NCBI GenBank assembly: GCA_019057815.1
Contig: JAHLWR010000005.1
Span: 32,001-96,000, forward strand
DNA from: Candidatus Heimdallarchaeota archaeon
Lineage (GTDB): Archaea > Asgardarchaeota > Heimdallarchaeia > Heimdallarchaeales > Heimdallarchaeaceae
DNA: 64,000 nt
Direction: 5' to 3'
This document shows positions 8,407 to 17,852 of this stretch, piece by piece. How positions within the stretch are numbered: position 1 is the first letter of the stretch; each line of letters opens with the position of its first letter. A program made the position numbers and the translations under genes. Below the pieces are notes generated by a model, which did not search any database, was not told the DNA's origin, and was given only the letters and a program-made list of their open reading frames with translations.

Positions 8407-9843
8407 TTATTTAGGTAAGATAATTATGTGTTCTTTGTTTGTTCTTAATTCTTCTTGACCTTGTTCAAAGAAAGTTAAAACCTTGTTTCCAAACGCCTTA
8501 GAAATGAAACCTTGCTCTATTAAATTATCAATAGTTCCTGAATCCACTGGTTCAACAACATCATTCTTTTTAACTATAAGAAGTCCAAGATCAACATATC
8601 GAAGTTTTCCTCCACTATAGAGTTCAACTGGTGTAACAATTTTTACTGTTTCACCCACAAGTATCTCTTTACGGAAAATCTTAGTGTGAATACTCCAACT
8701 TCCTTCTTTAGTTAATATAACAACTGAATCTCCTTGATGAATACCCTCGTTAAGCGCAAAATGTTCTCCCCGAGAAGAGCGAAAACTTCTTTCAATCACC
8801 ATAACATCCTTTGACCAGTTAAGTTGTCCCAAAACACGATACGTAGGAGCTGAAATTAAGCAATATTCCTGTAAATGGAGTATTGCGTTCTCTGAAAAAT
8901 CTCTTTCCAATATTGTTTCTTTAAGAAGAGAGGTAAGTTTTGTAGAGTCAACATCGGAAGACAATTTCTCTGCAAAAGTTGTGGTTAATTTGAGTTCAGG
9001 GGAGTAAGACATAAACCAATAGTAACTTGGAAGAGTTGGAGTAATTTCATTACGAATTTCACCCAGTTTATCTTTAGCAGCCTTAACAAACACTATGTGG
9101 GCAACAGCATGACCTGGTTGTAAAATACCCGGACCATAAGAAGAACCAGAAATAAGAAGATCTAACTCTTCTGCTTGTTGAATCAAATGGTCTATGTCTG
9201 CTTGAATTGCCTCAGAAGACGATTCTACTGCGCTTGTGCGCATTATCAATCCATGATCTCGAGGTCTTAATTGCTTCCCAAGTTCGAAAAGCCTATCTCT
9301 ATCATCCTTTGATAGTTTGCGGGAAACACGAACAAAATCAGCATCTCGCTCAAGAATAACAGCTTGACCAGGAAAATGTACTGTAGTAGAACAAACTGGA
9401 AGTTGATCTTCAAAGATATTTAGACTCTTTATTTGAACAACAATTTTTTGTTCTCGTCTATACTGTGCACCAAAAAGGATTGTATTAACATTCTCCCCAA
9501 TATCAACGATAGATAGATTCTTCTGATCATTTACGTGAACTACTGTCCCATTGTAAACAGCATGTAATTGAACTGGATGTTGAATTGTAATTGCATGTGG
9601 TATGGTTTCCCGAATAAGGGAAACTATTTCTGAAACATATTCTTCATCAGCCTCAATTGAGATACCATAGCCATCCATTACATCTGAAATCTCAATTTCG
9701 CTTGGATCATACTTTTGAGGAACCTTAAACAGCTTAGACTGTTCAGAGGTAGGTTGACATAATTTGTACTTTAGATTTTCAGTAATCAATTTAATAAGGG
9801 GTATATCATAAACACTTTTAACACGAAACATTGGACTAACCAT
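8407..9843 (-). CDS. FAU-1 (AU-rich RNA-binding ribonuclease; RNase E/G-like plus DUF402 domain)
   Basis: S1-like segment, VSRKL..RLFELG..GLIMRTSA (RNase G-like), C-terminal TPVELY..RYVDL. Confidence 0.8.
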   Translation of the reverse strand: MVSPMFRVKSVYDIPLIKLITENLKYKLCQPTSEQSKLFKVPQKYDPSEIEISDVMDGYGISIEADEEYVSEIVSLIRETIPHAITIQHPVQLHAVYNGTVVHVNDQKNLSIVDIGENVNTILFGAQYRREQKIVVQIKSLNIFEDQLPVCSTTVHFPGQAVILERDADFVRVSRKLSKDDRDRLFELGKQLRPRDHGLIMRTSAVESSSEAIQADIDHLIQQAEELDLLISGSSYGPGILQPGHAVAHIVFVKAAKDKLGEIRNEITPTLPSYYWFMSYSPELKLTTTFAEKLSSDVDSTKLTSLLKETILERDFSENAILHLQEYCLISAPTYRVLGQLNWSKDVMVIERSFRSSRGEHFALNEGIHQGDSVVILTKEGSWSIHTKIFRKEILVGETVKIVTPVELYSGGKLRYVDLGLLIVKKNDVVEPVDSGTIDNLIEQGFISKAFGNKVLTFFEQGQEELRTNKEHIIILPK

Positions 9844-9988
9844 ACAAAATCACCATAAATAGAAGAGAAATACAAGCAATTAAAAAGTTAATGAAATAAA
9901 AGAGATGACAAAACATCAAAATTTTATTGTTTTAGATCACTTAAAAAATTAAATTTCAAAGAATAAAGCATACACAAAATAACAAAAC

Positions 9989-10071
9989 TGGAGCCAGGAC
10001 GGGGATTTGAACCCCGGCGCCAAAAGGCAGAGGCTTTCGAAGCCACCGTCATACCACTAGACTATCCTGGC
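9989..10071 (-). tRNA. tRNA-Ser(CGA)
   Basis: GCCAGGA/TCCTGGC acceptor, anticodon loop TT-CGA-AA, long variable arm GCC-TTTT-GGC, T arm CGGGG-TTCAAAT-CCCCG, encoded CCA. Confidence 0.88.
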
Positions 10072-10133
10072 CTTAGAAATCACTCGAAATAAAAAAATAA
10101 AATTAAAAAATCCTTCGCTCACAACGTGAAACC

Positions 10134-10745
10134 TCACATTCGTATATACTTAGTACTTCCACAGTCTTTACATCCTTTTATCGAGCAATTAGAACAATAA
10201 TAAACCCCACATTTAGCACATTTTGATGTTGCTTTGATACTACAAGATATACAGCTCTTTGCTTTAAGTCGACGATGAATGAAAATGAAACCATATACAC
10301 CTAAAGCGAAGGCTCCGATACCACCAGCTACTTTTATAACAATCAAAAAAACACCACCAGCTGGCGAGCTAGTTCCAGGAGTTGAATCTTTTACTATTTC
10401 AATAATTGTTGTATTATGGTATTCATAAAGAGTAATCGTTTCATCTTCTTGTGAAACGTACCACGAAATTAGATCTTTAGTTTCTCCCAATTTCATGCCA
10501 AGTAATTCATTTATGAAGTTTTCATTGAAAGAATCTGGATTAACAACAATAGTCAATGGATAGTCGGGAGTGTAGATATAGGGCTCCCAGGTTTTGTGAT
10601 CGATTATCCGTGTACAAGTTACATTAACAGTATCATTATATTCAACACCTAGTTTATCATCGTAAGATTGAACAAGAAGACTTGGAAGTATTAAGAAATT
10701 GAACATCAACAAAACTACGACTGTATAAAAGGAAACCCTTTTCAT
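10134..10745 (-). CDS. Type I membrane protein: signal peptide, FKBP/SlyD-like domain, TM helix, 8-Cys zinc finger (paralog A)
   Basis: Hydrophobic N-terminus; VEYNDTVNV..PLTIVV..ELLGMKLGETK; TM followed by HRRLKAK; CISC-CAKC-CSNC-CKDC. Confidence 0.75.
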   Translation of the reverse strand: MKRVSFYTVVVLLMFNFLILPSLLVQSYDDKLGVEYNDTVNVTCTRIIDHKTWEPYIYTPDYPLTIVVNPDSFNENFINELLGMKLGETKDLISWYVSQEDETITLYEYHNTTIIEIVKDSTPGTSSPAGGVFLIVIKVAGGIGAFALGVYGFIFIHRRLKAKSCISCSIKATSKCAKCGVYYCSNCSIKGCKDCGSTKYIRM

Positions 10746-10799
10746 CGAGCTGAAAGAGAAAAGGAAACATAAAAGAATTTCGGAAACTGTCTTAATTTC

Positions 10800-11447
10800 T
10801 TACCTTTTGAAATGGATTAATGTACGGCTTTTACAAGCTGGACAACCATTAGAGTAACATCGTTCACAAAAAGCTTTGTTGCATTTTGTGCATTTTCCAA
10901 TGGCACTTTTCTTGCACACCAAGCAGCGTTTACCAAAAATCTTAGGATAATAACGATAACCAAAATAAACAAGACCTAAAACTGCACAAAAGCCCAGAAC
11001 GCCAAGACCTATTCGAAGGAAATAATAACCGAATTGACCAAGATTATCGTCCGGTTCTTCCGTCGTTGAAACACCGTTTATTTCATAAATTTCAAGATCA
11101 TAATAGTATAAAGTTTTACCCTCTAATTCAGGGTGGTAGGGATCAGAAAAAGTGAACCCTTCCTCAGGTAAGACAGTAATATCTTTAGGAGTATGAAGCG
11201 CCATTCCAATAAGAGCATTAAACAACCCTTCAGGGGTAACAATGTCTGGAACTAAGCGTTTCTTTACTGGGAATTCCCTATGATAATAATCGATAACTGC
11301 ATGATCAACTTCCAAACGATAACCGTAAGATAATAAATCTCCAATCTCAACATAAGGTGGAGCGGCTGCACACTGCTCAATATATGAGGGTAGAGTAAAA
11401 ATTATCATAGACAACAAAAATATAAGGGGAGCTTTGGTTCTAACCAT
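10800..11447 (-). CDS. Type I membrane protein: signal peptide, FKBP/SlyD-like domain, TM helix, 8-Cys zinc finger (paralog B)
   Basis: ATG 11447 (MVRTKAPLIFLL). VEIGD..Y..D..EGLFNALIGM..KDITVLPEEGF..HPELEGKTLYY..EIYEI; TM; CLVC-CTKC-CERC-CPAC. Confidence 0.8.
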   Translation of the reverse strand: MVRTKAPLIFLLSMIIFTLPSYIEQCAAAPPYVEIGDLLSYGYRLEVDHAVIDYYHREFPVKKRLVPDIVTPEGLFNALIGMALHTPKDITVLPEEGFTFSDPYHPELEGKTLYYYDLEIYEINGVSTTEEPDDNLGQFGYYFLRIGLGVLGFCAVLGLVYFGYRYYPKIFGKRCLVCKKSAIGKCTKCNKAFCERCYSNGCPACKSRTLIHFKR

Positions 11448-11655
11448 CAAGAGAAAAGAATCGTTTACAAATAAAAAACTATCGAATTCTTGAAAAAAAT
11501 GTAAAAACAAAAGTTACAGAGCAAAGTTGATAGAAAAATTACATAGAGTAAGAAGCGTTGCATATGTGAGGGGTTAAGTTAATCATCGATAAGTTTAAAT
11601 GAAAATTATTAAAAAAAAAATTGCACAATATGTGCCAAAAATATGAAAATAGACA

Positions 11656-11765
11656 GGGGCAGTAGTTTAGTCTGGTCAATGATCGTGGACTGTCAAGCGA
11701 GTTACAGCATCTGTAGCCAGTGCTGAACTCCATGGACCCGGGTTCAAATCCCGGCTGCCTCGCCA
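11656..11765 (+). tRNA. tRNA-Asp(GTC) with 32-nt intron at 37/38 (11696..11727)
   Basis: GGGGCAG/CTGCCTC acceptor, G73, CCA. Anticodon stem GTGGA/TCCAT, loop CT-GTC-A|C. T arm CCGGG-TTCAAAT-CCCGG. Confidence 0.9.
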
Positions 11766-11816
11766 GATATATTTTCCTGATATTTTCTATTCTCAGTCTC
11801 TATTGACCTCTTATCT

Positions 11817-12785
11817 TTAACTTCTCATCCGCTTTAGAATCCTTTCCACTAAGAATGTTATCCATGCTGATGGTTCTCCTTTTTGGCCAAAATCCCACCC
11901 TTTCCAAGCCCGCCATACCGATTCTGCTGTATACCTACCTTTTTCATCGGCTTTTTGTTTTATTATATCTACCATTTCAACTAATCTTTCATCGTTTCTT
12001 AACCAAGGAAATTGAGATAAAACTTCAGTAACATGCAAAATATCATACCATATTAAAGGGGCTTTTAATTTTTTGAATCGACTACCCATCCCAAACAAAT
12101 ATGGTTTCCTTTCTTTTCTTTTTTCCCATAATTCAAGTAAAGATTCTGCTCCAATCTTACATTCGTTACTATTTCTCCACTTTTTCATTTGAGAGAGAGC
12201 TTTAAGTACTACAAGATTAGCATAAGGGCAAGGATCAGTTTTTCTTCCAGGACCCCTGAACTTTCCTAAATCGTTAGATACAGCACAAGGCCATCCATTT
12301 TCTCTTATTAAAGTTACTATATACTTTGCCGATTGTTCAACATTTTTCTCCTCATCTAAACCAAATTTGGCAATAGCATACACAATTAATGGTGCATCAC
12401 AGAGCATCCACGAAAACTGATTTGTTCCAGATCCCCCAAATCTAATTGGTATATTTACGAGCACTTGAAAAACTCCTTCCTCAGATTTTCTATTGGAAAT
12501 TTTATCGATTACTAACTGGATACCATCGTCTTCTTGTGTTAACCCCAAATCAGCTGCTAAAGTTAATTTATGTAACAGGTGACTAGCATCATTGTGACGT
12601 TTTAACGGTGACCCAGGCCATAAATGGAGCTCTGCAACCATTTTCTTTATTTTAGAGTCCTTCAACATTATTTTTTTGGCAGAAACAACCTCTGGTGATT
12701 TTTCAGGCTGGTTAAGCAAATGCACACGAACATTATATTCGACCCAAGGTTCAGATTGAACCAACCATGCTATAACATCTTTCAT
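11817..12785 (-). CDS. Prenyltransferase/terpene-cyclase-like (alpha/alpha)-barrel protein of unknown function
   Basis: WL..EPWVEY, NGWPC, CPYAN, WYDIL, QKADEKGRY, PSAWIT repeats typical of this uncharacterised family. Confidence 0.6.
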   Translation of the reverse strand: MKDVIAWLVQSEPWVEYNVRVHLLNQPEKSPEVVSAKKIMLKDSKIKKMVAELHLWPGSPLKRHNDASHLLHKLTLAADLGLTQEDDGIQLVIDKISNRKSEEGVFQVLVNIPIRFGGSGTNQFSWMLCDAPLIVYAIAKFGLDEEKNVEQSAKYIVTLIRENGWPCAVSNDLGKFRGPGRKTDPCPYANLVVLKALSQMKKWRNSNECKIGAESLLELWEKRKERKPYLFGMGSRFKKLKAPLIWYDILHVTEVLSQFPWLRNDERLVEMVDIIKQKADEKGRYTAESVWRAWKGWDFGQKGEPSAWITFLVERILKRMRS

Positions 12786-13077
12786 AACAAAGAATTATAG
12801 GAATTCATTTATAAACTGTTTTTGTTATATTCTCTTAATTGTAAATTGAGTAATTCAAAGCTCAACGTTTTTGTTACATCTACTTCATTTTTTTTATTTT
12901 CCTTCTACTTTTTTTACTAAAAAGTTATTTTATCTAAGTTCAATTTTTCGAAAATTTTCGATTTTTTCAGCTTACACACCTATTTTTCCCGACAAAAATC
13001 AAAAATAATCCTTCTAAAAGCTATTTTTCGAAAATATTTAGGTCTAGAGTTTTAAGGGAATAGTCAAAATATACACT

Positions 13078-13644
13078 TTAGTCTAGGCCCACTTCTACAC
13101 GTTTCTTTTCAACAGCAGCCATAAGTTCTTTAGCAAAAGTTATGAAAGCATCTTCAACTTTTTCTCCTGTTTTAGCAGAAGTAATAAAGAATGATTCCTT
13201 TGGCAGTTTTAGCTCCTCCACTAGTTTGTAAGTTTCATCATCTGAAATTACAACTTGTTCCTTTAGATCTGCTTTATTTCCAACAACAAAGAAAATTACT
13301 TCCTCTTCCACACTATCTAACCCCTTTTTCCACAAATTCAAGGATGTTAATGTATTTTCTCTAGTGAGATCAAAAACAAGGAGGCACCCCTTTGCACCGC
13401 GATAAAATTTCTCTCTGACAGAGGCAAATCTTTCTTGACCACCTATATCACTTATCAAAAATAAAACTTCGTCATCACCGACAAACAGCTGTTTACTTAG
13501 AATATCAACGCCTATAGTCATCAGATAAGAAGCAGAGAATCTATTATGTACAAAGCGTGTAATAAGCGAACTTTTTCCTACTCCAGGATCTCCAAGTAAG
13601 ACTATTTTGAAGATGTATTTCCGTCCTTGCTTCTTCTCGACCAT
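13078..13644 (-). CDS. Rab-like small GTPase (Ras superfamily)
   Basis: G1 GDPGVGKS, G2 TIGVD, G3 DIGGQERF, FYRGA, G4 GNKAD, G5 TSAK; no C-terminal Cys. Confidence 0.95.
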   Translation of the reverse strand: MVEKKQGRKYIFKIVLLGDPGVGKSSLITRFVHNRFSASYLMTIGVDILSKQLFVGDDEVLFLISDIGGQERFASVREKFYRGAKGCLLVFDLTRENTLTSLNLWKKGLDSVEEEVIFFVVGNKADLKEQVVISDDETYKLVEELKLPKESFFITSAKTGEKVEDAFITFAKELMAAVEKKRVEVGLD

Positions 13645-13719
13645 TTAGTTTTTCCCCACTTGTTGTATTTTTAGTTTCTCTTTTTATTAATCTTGTGCTT
13701 TAAATTCCATATTGACTCT

Positions 13720-14124
13720 CTAGTTCTTGAATTTTTTAATAAACTCTTCAGCTGTTTTTTGCTCTAGCTTCCCTTGCTCTGGAAACTTAATAATACCATC
13801 ATTCGACCATCGTGGAATAAGATGGAAATGAACATGAAGGATAACTTGTCCTGCCGCTCTTTCGTTGCTTTGTAAGATGTTCACTCCTTCTGCTTCCGTA
13901 GTTTCCTTTAGTTTTTTTGCGATCATTGGTAATTTTTTTAAAAAAACCATATCCTCTTCTGGAACAGAGAAAAGAGTTTCATAATGCTTTTTCGGGATAA
14001 GAAGACTGTGCCCTTTTGAAATAGGGTTTATATCTAAAAACACTTTTACATCCTCATCTTCATAAAGTGTATAACTTGGAATCTCTCCTTTTATAATCAT
14101 GCAAAAAATGCAGTCATCTGCCAT
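13720..14124 (-). CDS. HIT family nucleotide hydrolase
   Basis: DCIFC, FLDINP..GH, AGQVILHVHFHLIPR. Confidence 0.95.
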   Translation of the reverse strand: MADDCIFCMIIKGEIPSYTLYEDEDVKVFLDINPISKGHSLLIPKKHYETLFSVPEEDMVFLKKLPMIAKKLKETTEAEGVNILQSNERAAGQVILHVHFHLIPRWSNDGIIKFPEQGKLEQKTAEEFIKKFKN

Positions 14125-14333
14125 ATATCATTCACCTTATTTGTTTTTTTAGTATTATATCCTACCTTTTTCAGTCTTTTGTTGAAATTCCCACACCTTT
14201 ATCTGGATAAACTCTGTAAGCTTCTCTACTACCCTGTATTTATCGCGATCATTATTACTTTCAATCTCATATAGTCAACATCTTTACTAAATAAACAAAG
14301 CCTTCCAGGAGCTGAAACGTCAATTTTTTCAGT

Positions 14334-15674
14334 TTACTCATTCCACTGATTTTGATAAAGTGTGGCTTTTTCTCTTAAATTTTGTAAATCTATAATTGTA
14401 AACTGATTATCCTTAAACAAAATCTTACCATCAACCATCACCATATTAACATCTTTCCCAGATGCAGAATAAACAAGATGTGAAATAGGATCATATAATG
14501 GAATACAGTTTACATCCGAAATATCAACTTGGAATAGATCAGCTTTTTTTCCAATTTCAAGAGAACCAATTTCTTTGTCCAAGTTTAGAGCTTTCGCACC
14601 CTCAAGTGTAGCCATCTTCAACACAACCTTTGAAGGAAGAACTCTTTCATTTAAGTGTTTAACTTTTTGCAGAAAGCTTGCTAATCTCATCTCTCTAAAC
14701 ATATCTAAATTATTGTTACAAGGCGCACCATCGGTGCCTAATCCAACAATAACATCCATGTCAAGGTATTTACTGACATCACAAATACCAGAAGCAAGTT
14801 TAGAATTACTGGAAGGGTTATGTGTTATTCGTGTATCAGTTTGTTTAATAAGACTATATTCAACATCATCTAACCATATACCATGTGCTAGAATCGTCTG
14901 GTTTCCTAATACATTGAGTTCATTTAACGCCCGTATGTATGACTTGCCATAATATCTTTCAACTTTAGCACATTCTTCTCTATTTTCAGATGCATGAGTA
15001 TGAATCATAATATCAGGATAGTTTCTCTGAATTTCAGAGAGATTTTTCATTAACTGCGGGGAACATGATAAGAGAAATCTAGCGTTGAGCGAATACTTTA
15101 TTCTATTTTTTTGGGTTTGGTGGTAATCTTCAATATCCTTTATCACATCTTCAACAATCTTCTCTGTATGTTCAATCATATCATCAGGGAAACCATTGTT
15201 TACATCCATAAGCATTTTACCAATTCGTGTTCTTATGCCACTATCAATTGCTGCTTGTATTCCATAATCCGAATGTTTTGTAGTCAACATATCATTACAA
15301 GTAGTTGTACCTGTCCTAATCATTTCAGCAAAACCGAGAAGTGAGGAAGTGTAGATTTCATCAACAGTAAAACTCTTTTCACCAGGTAAGATAACTTGTT
15401 GTAACCAATCTATAAGAGCTAAATCATCTGCTTTTCCTCTTAAAAGAGTTTGAACACTGTGACTATGGGTGTTTACCAATCCTGGAACAAGAATCTTATT
15501 TAAACCCTCTATTACTACATTAGCAGAAAAATCTTTGTGAATTTCTTTTCTTGATCCAATTGCTGTAATTCTATCATCCACAACATACACAGCACCATTT
15601 TTTATTACAGCATTCTTTGGATTACAGGTAATAAGATAATCAGCTTCAATAATTACATCAGACACTTTTACCAA
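14334..15674 (-). CDS. Amidohydrolase, MTA/SAH deaminase-like
   Basis: PGLVNTHSH, HTHASE, AHGIW, HNPSSN.KL.SG, LGTDG. Confidence 0.88.
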   Translation of the reverse strand: MVKVSDVIIEADYLITCNPKNAVIKNGAVYVVDDRITAIGSRKEIHKDFSANVVIEGLNKILVPGLVNTHSHSVQTLLRGKADDLALIDWLQQVILPGEKSFTVDEIYTSSLLGFAEMIRTGTTTCNDMLTTKHSDYGIQAAIDSGIRTRIGKMLMDVNNGFPDDMIEHTEKIVEDVIKDIEDYHQTQKNRIKYSLNARFLLSCSPQLMKNLSEIQRNYPDIMIHTHASENREECAKVERYYGKSYIRALNELNVLGNQTILAHGIWLDDVEYSLIKQTDTRITHNPSSNSKLASGICDVSKYLDMDVIVGLGTDGAPCNNNLDMFREMRLASFLQKVKHLNERVLPSKVVLKMATLEGAKALNLDKEIGSLEIGKKADLFQVDISDVNCIPLYDPISHLVYSASGKDVNMVMVDGKILFKDNQFTIIDLQNLREKATLYQNQWNE

Positions 15675-15678
15675 TGCA

Positions 15679-16395
15679 ATGATTACATTAAGCTTAATAA
15701 AGTCTATTTTTCAGATAAAGAGTGAGGAGAAAAGTTTGTCAGAGGTTTCTTTAGGAAAATTAACAGAAACAATGAAAACTTGCATAGCATGTCAGCTTCA
15801 TAAGAATCGTACTCAAGTGGTTCCAGGAATGTACGGACCAAAAAATGGACTGTGTTTGATTGGAGAAGCTCCAGGATATAATGAGGATCTCCAAGGACAA
15901 CCATTTGTAGGCAGATCGGGAAAATTACTAGATAAAATGCTCAATAATGTTGGTTTAGTACGAGGGGAAAATCTAAGTATATTGAATGTTGTTAAATGCC
16001 GTCCAACAATAAATGGTTCAAATCGGACGCCCACAGCATCAGAACTAAAATTTTGTGGTGAAAAGTGGTTAACTAAACAACTTCAAATTCTTAAACCAAA
16101 ATTAATTGTCACGCTTGGGGGAATATCTCTAAAATTCTTTTTCCCTAAAGCTAGTGTAACTCGTTCAGCTGGGACAATTATGGTTTCTACTGATGGATAC
16201 CCTATATTCTCAACATTCCATCCAGCTTATTTATTAAGGAATGGTAGGCCTGAATTGTACGAAAAATATGAGAGTCATTTCAAAGAAATTGCAAATATAA
16301 TGAATAAGGATTCAAGCACGATTTCTGAAATAGCGCCACTAGAGCCAGCAAAACCTAAAAGTCAGAAAAAAATGACTGATTTTTTTGGGAAGTAA
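15679..16395 (+). CDS. udg: Family 4 uracil-DNA glycosylase with C-terminal PIP box
   Basis: CIACQL, IGEAPG, PFVGRSG, NVVKCRP, FHPAYLLR; ends QKKMTDFF. True start may be later than 15679. Confidence 0.92.
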   Translation: MITLSLIKSIFQIKSEEKSLSEVSLGKLTETMKTCIACQLHKNRTQVVPGMYGPKNGLCLIGEAPGYNEDLQGQPFVGRSGKLLDKMLNNVGLVRGENLSILNVVKCRPTINGSNRTPTASELKFCGEKWLTKQLQILKPKLIVTLGGISLKFFFPKASVTRSAGTIMVSTDGYPIFSTFHPAYLLRNGRPELYEKYESHFKEIANIMNKDSSTISEIAPLEPAKPKSQKKMTDFFGK

Positions 16396-16448
16396 ATAAT
16401 ATACTCATGTTGGAAACTTTTTAAATTTCGTAATTAAACGTCAACAAG

Positions 16449-17846
16449 ATGAAAAAACTCGAAAAATTGTTTGGCACAGCAGGAATACGTGGCTTATTTG
16501 GAGAGAAAGTGACAGCTGATTTAATTATACAACTTAGCCAATCAATAGCAGAACTGCATCCAGAGAGTGGTATGCTTGTTGGTCATGATGCAAGAACATC
16601 GTCAGAAGTTCTAGCTCAGTATGCTTATGCATCACTTGCTATTGTAGGAAAGAGCGTTTTTCAAGTAGGACTGTGTTCTTTTCCCGTCATAGCTAACCTT
16701 ACAACAACTTCAAAACATGAGATTGCAATTTATATTACTGCTTCACATAATTTACCTGAATATAATGGGGTAAAAGTCTTGCAAAATGGGAGAGAGTTTA
16801 CTAAGGAAGAGCAAGATAAACTAGAAGAAGCGATTCGCACAAAATTAGATGCTAAAACTGCAATTATTCATAAAGAATGGCAAGGAATAGTTCCACAGCA
16901 GAAAATATATGACGCAGACAGACGATACATTAGGAGGTTAAAAAACTATCTTCAGTTTGAAGGAGATGGTAGAACAATAATTATAGATCCAGCTAATGGT
17001 CCTATGGGTTTACTCTCTCCTATATTATTCAGTGAACTAGGGTTTAGAGTTATATCCATAAATTCTCATGTAGATGGTTCCTTTCCAGGGCGACCAGGAG
17101 AACCTATTAAAGAAAACCTTCAACAACTCATAGGTTTATGCAAGTTAGAAAATGCTATAGGTATTGCACATGATGGAGATGGAGACCGCGTCAGCATTAT
17201 TGACGAAACTGGTTCCTTTATTGAACTCTCAAGAATTAACGCTTTGCTAGCCAAGTTTGCTGTTGAAGAAGAGGGAGAAGGAAATATCATACTAAGCATT
17301 GATTCTTCGACTTGTATTGATAATATTGTGAAATTAACAAATTCAAAAGTTATTCGTACTAATCTGGGTGAACTTCATGGGAAAGCTTCAGCAATGATTG
17401 CTAAAGGCGAAAAAGTCATTTTTGCTGCTGAACCTTGGAAACCCATTAATCCTAAATGGGGACTCTGGATAGACGGGCTGTATAGTGTAACAAAAATAAT
17501 AAAGTTCGTGACATTACATAGAACAACCATAGTCGAAGTAATGAAAACAATCCCAAATCCGATTTCAGAAAGAAAATCATACTTAATAAATGAAATAGAA
17601 GTTGACGAGATATATAAGAAATGCAAGAGAAAGCTTGAAGAATTATTAAGAGAGGAAAAAAAGGAAAAACTAACAATCGATGGACTCAGATATGATATGG
17701 TAGATGGGACGTGGATACTTGTTAGGAAATCTGGAACTGAACCAAAAATTCGACTATATTACGAATCTCTTACAATGAAAAGATTTGATTGGATAAAAGC
17801 AATAATAGAAGAGATTGAAAAAGAAGTTTTATTAGGAAAAGAGTAG
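16449..17846 (+). CDS. Phosphohexomutase (GlmM/PMM-PGM family)
   Basis: LFGTAGIRG, TASHN, DGDGDR, RKSGTEP. Confidence 0.93.
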   Translation: MKKLEKLFGTAGIRGLFGEKVTADLIIQLSQSIAELHPESGMLVGHDARTSSEVLAQYAYASLAIVGKSVFQVGLCSFPVIANLTTTSKHEIAIYITASHNLPEYNGVKVLQNGREFTKEEQDKLEEAIRTKLDAKTAIIHKEWQGIVPQQKIYDADRRYIRRLKNYLQFEGDGRTIIIDPANGPMGLLSPILFSELGFRVISINSHVDGSFPGRPGEPIKENLQQLIGLCKLENAIGIAHDGDGDRVSIIDETGSFIELSRINALLAKFAVEEEGEGNIILSIDSSTCIDNIVKLTNSKVIRTNLGELHGKASAMIAKGEKVIFAAEPWKPINPKWGLWIDGLYSVTKIIKFVTLHRTTIVEVMKTIPNPISERKSYLINEIEVDEIYKKCKRKLEELLREEKKEKLTIDGLRYDMVDGTWILVRKSGTEPKIRLYYESLTMKRFDWIKAIIEEIEKEVLLGKE

Positions 17847-17852
17847 ATTAGA

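Noticed and set aside
9989-10071. Possible tRNA-Sec (long variable arm, CTTC..AAA loop)
   Set aside because: The anticodon is CGA, not TCA; acceptor (7 bp), D stem and T stem (5 bp) are canonical rather than the 9/4 Sec fold.
11705-11725. Inner hairpin containing CT-GTA that could suggest tRNA-Tyr
   Set aside because: It lies within the intron. The GTC anticodon sits at the right distance from the D arm, and G73 fits Asp.
14156-14275. Minus-strand open stretch (LYEIESNNDRDKYRVVEKL...) or a box C/D-like RNA
   Set aside because: No start codon (preceded by TGA); C/D boxes are imperfect and badly spaced.
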